Positions 56,536 to 64,000 of a stretch of 64,000 nt of DNA are shown here, one piece after another; position 1 is the first letter of the stretch, and each line of letters starts with the position of its first letter. The position numbers were made by a program, and so were the translations under genes. The stretch is from a virus (lineage: Duplodnaviria > Caudoviricetes). The notes beneath the pieces are model-generated. The model was not told the origin of the DNA and did no database searches. It was given only the letters and a program-made list of their open reading frames with translations. The stretch spans positions 224,001-288,000 of IMG/VR virus record IMGVR_UViG_3300015615_000196; one strand, written 5' to 3'.

Positions 56536-59500
56536 TTAGTTTACGATAAGTTTAGATATATGGTTCTCGTCCTTCTCAATGTGAAGGATGTAATCGGGGT
56601 TCACTTCATGAGTAGGTTCAATAATAAGTACCTTCTTGTAGAATTTCTTCGACAAGTGAAGTAGATCAACAAACTTCTCAACGTACTCGCCTTTGAGTTT
56701 ACCCATTACTTCGTCTACGGTAAGCAAGGTTGACTTGGACTTACTGTTGATCTGATTCAAAGCAATTTTAAGTGCGTATACTGCAAAGGTTCGTTCCATA
56801 CCTGATGCTGAGATACAGTCAATGATTGCATTGGGATGATCGTTGTAGAAGAACTTCAAACGAAGATCGTCTTTGTCCAAATAAACATCAAAGTCAGCCG
56901 TCTCAAGTAACTTCGCCAACACATTGTTGATGTTTGGCAATAAGGTATCCGTAAGGATTTGAGTAGGTAATCCATCCCTGTGAATAATTTCTTCATAGAG
57001 TTTTCTCACCTGTTCTTTCTTCTCATAGTCAAGGTAATCCTTTATGAGTTGAACACGTTGTTTAATGGTGTTTTCATTTTGAACGATAGTGCCTTCCATT
57101 TCAACAATTGACTTATTGAAGTATTCAATCTCACCATTCGCAACCATAATCTTGTTGTTGAGGGCAACGATCTGCTCTTTGAGTTTGCGGTTCTCTTCAA
57201 TCTTATTCTTCTGATCAACGAATCGTTTCATCATATCCTGTTGACCAGTAATTTTCATCTGGAAGTTTTCCTTCTTGGTTGGATACGTGCTTAATTCAAT
57301 GTTGAGTCGATCACGTTTTTCGACTTCTGCTTTATCGTTGTTCAACTTACCGATTTCTTCAAGCACATTCTGGATACCAAGATCATCGTTTTTGATTTGA
57401 TCCTCAATGGACTTGATTTCTGTTTCAACGGATACGATAGAGGCTTGAATTGTAGGTTTCTCTGCTTGCTTCTTTTTAATGTCGGCAGCAACTTGGAACA
57501 TTACTGATTCGTGTTCTTTGATTGAATTACGAATGTGTTGCTCGTGTTCTGCACCAAGCGTTTGACCGCAAGCATGGCAGGTCTTGCTTTCCTCAAGTTC
57601 CTTGATTTGTTTTTTGTAACCAGAACCTTCACGCATCAATTGATCAATGTCACCATTGATCTTGGTAATGGCGTAGTTCAAGTTAACGATGTCCATCTTC
57701 TTTTTATTGATGGCACTACGTTTCTCAAACTCTTGTTGTTTATGGTTATCCTTTTTCAACATCAACTCACTCAAACGGTTTGAGTCGAAAGTAGATTTCA
57801 TTGCAGCTACCGTTGCTTGAAGACGAGTCTCTTCTTGCTCAAGGCTTTTCAAATTCACATTGAGACTGGCAATGGTTGCGTTGATTTGATTCTCATTGGT
57901 TGCACTCAATTCAGCATCGATTTGATGCATTGATTCTTGGAGTACTTCTTTGCTTTGGTTCAATAAGTCAAGTGCTTTCTTCTGATCAACAATCTTGTCT
58001 TTGGTAGAAGCGATCATTTCACGCTTCAACTTGATATTGGAATTCAATGCAGCAATAGAGTTCTCTTCATTGACAACACTCACACTGGCAAGTGAACGAT
58101 CAATGATAAGTTCATCTTTGTATTTCTTGTATTCTTTGAGACGCACGTCAAATACGTCAAGACCAGAATCAAACAACAGGGAATCGATAAATGGGGCTTT
58201 GTCACTTGACAAAACATTATTTAAGGTATCCGATGTAGTCAGGGTTACACGAATGAAGTTCTCGTATGTGCCAATGATCTCGTTGATCCGTTCTTGAGTT
58301 TTGAAACGATCATTCTCGTTCAACTTCTCAATGTTAAACTGATCTTCCAGTTCGTCCGTTGAACCGTTGAGTTTGTAGTATGATGTGGTGGTAGACGCTG
58401 CCGTCAATTCCCCTTCTTTGTTCTTCTTTACAATGGTAATACGTTTGATACCGTAGTATTCACCATTAGCTTCAAGAACAATAGAACCTTCACAATGACC
58501 CACAGGGAGTTTGTTGTTGATGAATCGAGCATCACCGAACTTCTTTCTGAAATCAGTTTCAAGGGACTTGCCAAACAGAATGTAGGTGATCAATTGATTG
58601 ATGGTTGACTTACCAACCCCGTTCTCGCCTACGATCTGGTATAAACCGTCCTTATTTTCCCAATTGATGTCGAGAGTGTCATAGCTTCTAAAGTTCTTGC
58701 CTTTCAAGGATACGATAGACCATTGTATGTTGGTCATTTCTTCGGTGACCAATCTATTTTCGATTTCAGTGTCAAGATCAAGTACGTTCTGGATGATGTC
58801 ATCTTCCGTACCCATCTTCTTCAAGTATTCGGAAAGAATACGATGGATAACTTCTCGCTTACCAATGTTTTCAATGTCCGATCTTTCTTCAATCTTGATT
58901 TTCTTTTCTTCAATGAAATCATTGACGTGCTTGATTGATAGTGGCGCATACTTGTTGGTAAGCAGAGTATCAACCTTACGCATGTTTTCAATATTCTTGA
59001 CATTGGGTAGGGTCTTCCACTTCACACGAATACGCTTGTACGTAGCTGGACTGTTGACTTCAAGTTGAAGTTTATCAAAGTCAGTGAAGCGATTTACATC
59101 GACAGTAAGGTGTGCGTAGTCATTTGCGATGGCAACTTCTTGGGCGGTCTTTGTTGCCAAGTCCCAAAGGAGATACCCGTGAAACTGACCATTACCTTCA
59201 CTGAAATTTTGTTCGATCAATGAACTACTGTATGCTTTAGTTTTGGTTGGGTCAAGATATTGCAGCATGTGGATGTCTCCGAACATACTGATGTCGCCCA
59301 TGAATTCTTTGGTAGCACGGTATGTGCGACTTTTGAATTCGTACCCATCTGCATTTGATGATCCGTTTACAGGATCGTGGAAGAGGTCAATGTAAGTCTT
59401 TGCAGGGTCTTTTACGAAGTTCTTGTTCCAAGGATTGTTACGCTTCTCTCCGTGCTTCCAGACTGCCCACACAACGTTTAAATCATCGTAGAGACCAGTC

Positions 59501-59838
59501 TTGTTGAAGTAAGTGATGTTGGTATTTGCCATTGCCGTAACCAATGCTTCAATTGCATCAGTACGGTTAGGTGCAGTACGGGCAACGTCATGGTTACCAC
59601 GAGTAATGATTACCGGGGCAACATTAGCCAACGCATTCAAAAATTCAGAAGCAAGAACAACAAGTTCTCCTTCCAACTTGATATAGTCGTGAAACAAGTC
59701 TCCTACAACGACAATCCGATCTGGTTTGTCTTGCTTGAGTTGTTTAATAAGATTAGCGAATACATTTCTATATTCTTGGTGTCTTGCAGTGCTTTTTCTA
59801 ATATGTATATCTGCAAGGTGTACTACCTTTTTGATCAT
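56536..59838 (-). CDS. fused SbcD-SbcC (Mre11-Rad50, T4 gp47-gp46-like) recombination nuclease
   Basis: DIH, GDLFH, GNHD, GDIH; Walker A GENGVGKS; Zn hook CHAC; signature SGME; Walker B LTVDE. Confidence 0.9.
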   Translation of the reverse strand: MIKKVVHLADIHIRKSTARHQEYRNVFANLIKQLKQDKPDRIVVVGDLFHDYIKLEGELVVLASEFLNALANVAPVIITRGNHDVARTAPNRTDAIEALVTAMANTNITYFNKTGLYDDLNVVWAVWKHGEKRNNPWNKNFVKDPAKTYIDLFHDPVNGSSNADGYEFKSRTYRATKEFMGDISMFGDIHMLQYLDPTKTKAYSSSLIEQNFSEGNGQFHGYLLWDLATKTAQEVAIANDYAHLTVDVNRFTDFDKLQLEVNSPATYKRIRVKWKTLPNVKNIENMRKVDTLLTNKYAPLSIKHVNDFIEEKKIKIEERSDIENIGKREVIHRILSEYLKKMGTEDDIIQNVLDLDTEIENRLVTEEMTNIQWSIVSLKGKNFRSYDTLDINWENKDGLYQIVGENGVGKSTINQLITYILFGKSLETDFRKKFGDARFINNKLPVGHCEGSIVLEANGEYYGIKRITIVKKNKEGELTAASTTTSYYKLNGSTDELEDQFNIEKLNENDRFKTQERINEIIGTYENFIRVTLTTSDTLNNVLSSDKAPFIDSLLFDSGLDVFDVRLKEYKKYKDELIIDRSLASVSVVNEENSIAALNSNIKLKREMIASTKDKIVDQKKALDLLNQSKEVLQESMHQIDAELSATNENQINATIASLNVNLKSLEQEETRLQATVAAMKSTFDSNRLSELMLKKDNHKQQEFEKRSAINKKKMDIVNLNYAITKINGDIDQLMREGSGYKKQIKELEESKTCHACGQTLGAEHEQHIRNSIKEHESVMFQVAADIKKKQAEKPTIQASIVSVETEIKSIEDQIKNDDLGIQNVLEEIGKLNNDKAEVEKRDRLNIELSTYPTKKENFQMKITGQQDMMKRFVDQKNKIEENRKLKEQIVALNNKIMVANGEIEYFNKSIVEMEGTIVQNENTIKQRVQLIKDYLDYEKKEQVRKLYEEIIHRDGLPTQILTDTLLPNINNVLAKLLETADFDVYLDKDDLRLKFFYNDHPNAIIDCISASGMERTFAVYALKIALNQINSKSKSTLLTVDEVMGKLKGEYVEKFVDLLHLSKKFYKKVLIIEPTHEVNPDYILHIEKDENHISKLIVN

Positions 59839-60014
59839 TTAGAATCATTGTTCTTCTGATCAGGTGATTTCGCGCTTTCTTCGGAAGCGCGAAGTTTTTT
59901 TAATTTTTCTAAGAAGGCCGAGACTTCTTTGTCTTCTTCATCGACATACGGTAAAGCATCTTGATCAAGTTGAAGAAGATACTTTATTCCGAGTTCTGAT
60001 AATGCTGTTAACAT
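59835..60014 (-). CDS. small hypothetical protein (not in ORF track)
   Basis: 59 aa MLTALSELG...NNDSK, overlapping both the dUTPase stop and the sbcCD ATG. Confidence 0.55.
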   Translation of the reverse strand: MLTALSELGIKYLLQLDQDALPYVDEEDKEVSAFLEKLKKLRASEESAKSPDQKNNDSK

Positions 60015-60457
60015 TAGTTTCCTGTGCTACCGTATCCGTCAGTACCACGATTAGTTTCAGATAATTCAGGAACCTCTTCAAGTTCAATGAAAGGTGCTGG
60101 TACTATGACCAATTGACCAACACGGTCACCCTTTTTGTAAACATCATCGTAGATTTTTTTTGTACCGAAAGTATGATGTGAAAATGCCTTGAATCGAACT
60201 TTCATTTCACCACGAAAGTTGCTGTCAATGACACCGACACTGTTTTTCAAAACCATGTTTTTATCTGTGACGGAACTACGTGGCATCAACAAACCAACGT
60301 ATCCTTCTGGTATTTCGATGGCGATACCAGTGGCATATTCTACATATTTATCCGCATGGACGTTTGATACTGCCGTGAGGTCTAAACCTGCGTCTCCGAT
60401 CTTACTGTAAGAAGGAGTTACGGCATCAGGATGTACTTTCTTGAATCTGACCTTCAT
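60014..60457 (-). CDS. dut: trimeric dUTPase
   Basis: AGLDL, PRSS, GVIDSNFRGE, GDRVGQL, RGTDGYGSTG. Confidence 0.95.
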   Translation of the reverse strand: MKVRFKKVHPDAVTPSYSKIGDAGLDLTAVSNVHADKYVEYATGIAIEIPEGYVGLLMPRSSVTDKNMVLKNSVGVIDSNFRGEMKVRFKAFSHHTFGTKKIYDDVYKKGDRVGQLVIVPAPFIELEEVPELSETNRGTDGYGSTGN

Positions 60458-60495
60458 TAGTCTTGAGTTTAAGCAAAACTAACGAATAAAGGGGT

Positions 60496-60786
60496 TCAAT
60501 CCAAGACTTCAACCACTTTTCCGTAGACGTTTTTTGTCCAACCGTTGATGTGTCCTTTGTTGTTTCCGATCTGGCAACCCCGGTCGTTATTCTTGGCTTT
60601 GACCAAGTGAGTAAAGAATCGTCCTGCAACCTTGCAGTATACGATGTCACCTACTTCAACATCTTCCCATTTAGCAGGAGCAAGTTTATGTGGTTGACCT
60701 GATTTGATCAGGGGAACCATTGAGTTCCCTTTCTCTTTTGTAACGAAGGATTCGCCCTTCTGTAATTTTTCTACTTTCCAGTTCAC
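60496..60786 (-). CDS. S24/S26 peptidase-like protein
   Basis: GTG start at 60786; GNSMVPLIKSG, VGDIVYC, THLVKA, GNN. Confidence 0.6.
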   Translation of the reverse strand: MNWKVEKLQKGESFVTKEKGNSMVPLIKSGQPHKLAPAKWEDVEVGDIVYCKVAGRFFTHLVKAKNNDRGCQIGNNKGHINGWTKNVYGKVVEVLD

Positions 60787-61172
60787 GATAAGTTTTTTAT
60801 TGCAAGGTATGGCATTCCACCGGGAAGCACTGCCCATACTTCGCGAGGAAGCAAGAACACAACCTTGTCGATTGCCAAGCCCATGCAGATTAAGTTGTCG
60901 CACACGGCATGAACACCAGTCCAGAGATTTCCGTTTTTGTCTTCACAAAAGCCAAGAAAGGAATATCCCTTTGCTGATCCTTCTGCCATGAATTTTTCAT
61001 CGCATTGAGAAAGCAATGAAATGATCTCTTCGCGATTTTTCGCAAGTCGCTCAGGATTGAATCCAACTTTGAGCATGACTCCTTCTGCAAGGACTGCATT
61101 TGTTGTGTCTTCTCCTTCTTTGAAGAGACAATCGAGAAAAAGATTCTCTACGTTCGGTGATGTTAATTCCAT
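60783..61172 (-). CDS. hypothetical protein
   Basis: Coupled ORF; GYSFL..C.D..G.LWTG...LPGGMPY. Confidence 0.65.
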   Translation of the reverse strand: MELTSPNVENLFLDCLFKEGEDTTNAVLAEGVMLKVGFNPERLAKNREEIISLLSQCDEKFMAEGSAKGYSFLGFCEDKNGNLWTGVHAVCDNLICMGLAIDKVVFLLPREVWAVLPGGMPYLAIKNLS

Positions 61173-61182
61173 ATGATTTGTT

Positions 61183-61530
61183 TTAAGTCCAACCTAATTT
61201 ATCTTCGTCATCTGGCTCTACGGGATACTTGTCCATGTTGGCGAAGCAATGACCGATTTGGTCTTTGTTCTTGTGATAAAATTTGATGATTTGTTTTTCA
61301 ACAAAGTGATCTTTGTTGATCTCCGGTTTCTCAATTGTGAGGTGAGCACGAGAAAGTTCAAGGTTCATGTCAATAACTAACTTCTTTCTCTTTTCCCGTT
61401 CGTAGCTGAGAATTTCTAAGACAGTAGGTATTGCTTCTTCATCGTCAGCAATTATCTTGAGAATAAATCTTCTTTGTACGTCAGCAGGAAGACCAGCATT
61501 CAATATCTCTTTGATTTTGTCTAAGTCCAT
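61183..61530 (-). CDS. hypothetical protein
   Basis: Coupled ORF. Confidence 0.6.
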   Translation of the reverse strand: MDLDKIKEILNAGLPADVQRRFILKIIADDEEAIPTVLEILSYEREKRKKLVIDMNLELSRAHLTIEKPEINKDHFVEKQIIKFYHKNKDQIGHCFANMDKYPVEPDDEDKLGWT

Positions 61531-61784
61531 TACTCAATAGATGTTTTCTCTTCATCAACCCATTCCAACACCCATTCATTGTGATATGCCAACCATACAC
61601 CGTATGGGCCGATAGCATCCGGCACTGCTTTAAGATTTTTCTGAACAGTTTGAGAGACGAGGTATTTTTCCAACCAAACATAAGTCTCCCCTTTGTCGGT
61701 AGACGTAGGTAAAAAAGCGAAACGAACGACAATTCGTTTATCTCCCTCTTTTAGTACTGGTGGATTTGGTGTTTTTATTTTCAT
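61530..61784 (-). CDS. hypothetical protein
   Basis: Probable start MKIKTP at 61784. Confidence 0.55.
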   Translation of the reverse strand: MKIKTPNPPVLKEGDKRIVVRFAFLPTSTDKGETYVWLEKYLVSQTVQKNLKAVPDAIGPYGVWLAYHNEWVLEWVDEEKTSIE

Positions 61785-62190
61785 TCTTTTTCTTCGGTTT
61801 CTTTTTCTTCGGTGGATCACCGCACAAGGTACGAAGTTCTTCCCATGTTGGTTTAGTCCCCTTCTTCACAAAAAATTCTATGTGTTCATCGTCCCAATCA
61901 AATTTGTAAATAAGTTGGGGTGGTAGTGTTTCATCAGTCTTTAACCGAGCACTATTAAATTTTGCTCCATCCATTATGAAATGATTAACAGTGGATGAAT
62001 GCATGACTGGTTCTTTTTCTACAACTTTTTTTGTAATGAGAAATTTTATACAGTCATACCAGTCCTTTACAAAATCACCAGACTTGTAGATTTTTCTTTT
62101 TTTCAAAGAGTCATAGGCCAGTTCTACAGATTTGTAGCCGAGGTCTTTTTTCTTGCTACCTTCATCATAGTTGATGCTAATAACTGCCAT
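61738..62190 (-). CDS. hypothetical protein
   Basis: Coupled ORF. Confidence 0.6.
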   Translation of the reverse strand: MAVISINYDEGSKKKDLGYKSVELAYDSLKKRKIYKSGDFVKDWYDCIKFLITKKVVEKEPVMHSSTVNHFIMDGAKFNSARLKTDETLPPQLIYKFDWDDEHIEFFVKKGTKPTWEELRTLCGDPPKKKKPKKKNENKNTKSTSTKRGR

Positions 62191-62465
62191 TATTCCTTAT
62201 TTAAAGTTTCATAGGTGAGGCGAAGAATGTGTTCTTCGTAAGACTCCTTCCGGGTAATCGGAATTTGAAAGAACCAAAGAAAGCAAAAAAGAGTCTTGGT
62301 CTCTTTATATTCAAGTGGGCATCCTGCACCGATAACACCTAATACTACGAGCATGGCTTCCATTGCACCCAAGCATTTCATCTTGAATCCTGAGTGTACA
62401 AAGGATTTGGTGTCGAGCATATAATTCTCGTACAGGTTGCTTAAATATTGTCTTACATTGTCCAT
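62190..62465 (-). CDS. hypothetical protein
   Basis: First gene after a minus-strand ECF-type promoter. Confidence 0.6.
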   Translation of the reverse strand: MDNVRQYLSNLYENYMLDTKSFVHSGFKMKCLGAMEAMLVVLGVIGAGCPLEYKETKTLFCFLWFFQIPITRKESYEEHILRLTYETLNKE

Positions 62466-62484
62466 TTTAAGGGCATTTATTCGC

Positions 62485-62547
62485 TTATACGGCTATTTCC
62501 TTAAAAGGTTATGTCACAGGAAACAAAGTTACTAATTTTGCGTATAA
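62485..62547. promoter_or_regulatory. divergent back-to-back ECF-type promoters AAC-N16-CGTATAA
   Basis: Minus copy 62485-62510, plus copy 62522-62547. Confidence 0.75.
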
Positions 62548-62554
62548 TGTCAAT

Positions 62555-62956
62555 ATGAGGGTCACAGACAACTATATAACAGTCCTCAAGGCAAACGAGA
62601 TATTTGTCTTCGGGTCAAATCTTGCTGGCATTCACGGTGCTGGTGCAGCAAAAATGGCACATGAACTTTTTGGCGCAAAATGGGGTATAGGATACGGACT
62701 CGAAGGACAGTCCTTTGCACTCCCAACAAAAGATCGACAGATCGAAACATTGACGCTCACGCAGATCAAACATTTTGTAGATCAGTTTATTAAGTTCGCA
62801 AAGCGTAAACCACAACTTACATTTTTAGTGACCGAAGTCGGTTGCAAACTTGCTGGTTACGAACCACATCAAATCGCTCCACTCTTCAAAGATGCAGTCG
62901 AAGTTGAGAACATTCACCTTCCAGAAAGATTTTGGAATGTTTTGAATTTAGAATAG
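62555..62956 (+). CDS. macro-like phage protein (A1S_2505-type)
   Basis: IFVFGSNLAGIHGAGAA, G.GLEGQSFALPT, FLVTEVGCKLAG. Confidence 0.7.
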   Translation: MRVTDNYITVLKANEIFVFGSNLAGIHGAGAAKMAHELFGAKWGIGYGLEGQSFALPTKDRQIETLTLTQIKHFVDQFIKFAKRKPQLTFLVTEVGCKLAGYEPHQIAPLFKDAVEVENIHLPERFWNVLNLE

Positions 62957-62987
62957 AAATCTATAATATTGCTGATATTTCAGTAGT

Positions 62988-63428
62988 ATGATTTCTGAAT
63001 TCAGGGGAGAGTTTTATTTTTTATCGAACTTCTTTTTATGCCCCGTTGAATATGAGGGTACGATCTTTGCATCATCTGAACATGCGTACATGTCAGCAAA
63101 GTCGCATGATCCAATCTGGAAAGCCTACTGCTCAAATCCGAATGTAACGCCATCGGATGTCAAACGTGAAAGTCAACACATACCACTGATTCCCACATGG
63201 GAGAAGGTGAAGTATTCTATAATGGAGAAGTGTGTGAGAAGCAAGTTCATGATGAATGAAGAACTACGTGCAAAGTTGATCGCAACTGGCAATCAAAATC
63301 TTCAAGAAGGCAACTGGTGGGAAGATCGCACTTGGGGTGTTGATCTTAAAGTAAACCCCAACGTAGGTGAGAATCACTTGGGACGAATATTGATGAAAGT
63401 AAGGGACGAACTTAAAACCATCGCGTGA
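62988..63428 (+). CDS. NADAR (YbiA) family protein
   Basis: FLSNF, SSEHAYMSAK, SKF...L...L..TG..L.EGN.W.D..WG, GENHLGRILMKVR. Confidence 0.9.
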   Translation: MISEFRGEFYFLSNFFLCPVEYEGTIFASSEHAYMSAKSHDPIWKAYCSNPNVTPSDVKRESQHIPLIPTWEKVKYSIMEKCVRSKFMMNEELRAKLIATGNQNLQEGNWWEDRTWGVDLKVNPNVGENHLGRILMKVRDELKTIA

Positions 63429-63625
63429 TTTTAGAAGAGGCAATTCGAGAGTCCCAAAAAAGACGAGACCTATTTAAACAAGATGTTCATGTACTACGGG
63501 ATAATGAACAGCAGTATTTTACGGTCTTAGACATGAATCTTAAAGTGAGTTTACAAAATCCGCTTTTAGATGATAAAAAAATTTACTATACTGCATGGAA
63601 TTTGGAAAATTTGTTCGATCTTTAA
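63425..63625 (+). CDS. hypothetical protein
   Basis: GTGA overlap with NADAR stop. Confidence 0.5.
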   Translation: MILEEAIRESQKRRDLFKQDVHVLRDNEQQYFTVLDMNLKVSLQNPLLDDKKIYYTAWNLENLFDL

Positions 63626-63660
63626 CCCGATAAACTTATCTTAAACCATATATACACCGA

Positions 63661-64000
63661 ATGAAAAACCGCTCAGTTAAAAGTACCCTTAAAGAAGAAA
63701 GCAAAGAAGTTGCATCACCGAGAAATACACCGATGCCGAAATCTGCGGGGGTTCCAGATGATCACGATGAAGATGATGACGATGAACCGAGTTACATTCA
63801 ATGGATAACCAGAGGTAATAAACTCTACTATCCAGAAGCACAAGTAAAGCTGGTGAAGAAAATCCCACCGGGATACTATTCAATCGGCTTTGATCAGCAA
63901 GCAGGAAAGTTTACCGTGAGAAAACTCTCCTACTCAACTGATCACGTTTTGGTGCTGCCGATGCCTGAGACACAACAAATACTCAAGGACATCAATACCT
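63661..64000 (+). CDS. N-terminal fragment, possibly an AAA+ ATPase (3' partial)
   Basis: Open frame to the window end; KIPPGYYSI...LPMPETQQILKDINT resembles N-termini of phage AAA ATPases; no Walker motif in window. Confidence 0.45.
   Translation, partial: MKNRSVKSTLKEESKEVASPRNTPMPKSAGVPDDHDEDDDDEPSYIQWITRGNKLYYPEAQVKLVKKIPPGYYSIGFDQQAGKFTVRKLSYSTDHVLVLPMPETQQILKDINT

Noticed and set aside
1-64000. Alternative genetic code (stop-codon reassignment as in some Bacteroidetes megaphages)
   Set aside because: Long genes are intact and tightly coupled under the standard code, and TAA, TAG and TGA all end genes

Overview
This 64 kb window is gene-dense, AT-rich dsDNA that reads as part of a large or jumbo myovirus genome, most likely infecting a Bacteroidetes host (TAnnTTTG-type promoters, A-rich translation starts without Shine-Dalgarno). 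It contains: the 3' end of a probable family B DNA polymerase; a cluster of late-type genes (NUDIX, WYL, ParB-like, GT-B glycosyltransferase, and a 987-aa kinase-kinase-ART-like-CCA-adding polyprotein); a baseplate/tail module carrying two paralogous glycosyltransferases next to a poly-Thr tail protein; RuvC-like, GIY-YIG, metallophosphoesterase, primase and ECF sigma genes; a 1607-aa Gly-rich fibre followed by a patatin; a CYTH/HD/DEDD operon; a stand-alone EXD2-like HNH protein; a 1695-aa modular acidic polyprotein; thioredoxin; a fused SbcD-SbcC (Mre11-Rad50); dUTPase; and macro-like and NADAR genes. Three promoter classes are visible by eye: TATTTAT (about 20 copies, late-type), AAC-N16-CGTATAA (4 copies, ECF-type) and the Bacteroidetes -33/-7 type. 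The two best candidates for undescribed systems are (1) late polyproteins punctuated by hydrophobic-x-Glu motifs, plausibly packaged in the head, cut by the prohead protease and injected as enzymes, and (2) a virion O-glycosylation module of GT95/GT96-like enzymes plus a mucin-like Thr28 linker. All family calls come from motif recognition by eye; no database searches were run. No tRNA, rRNA, CRISPR array or transposase was recognised.
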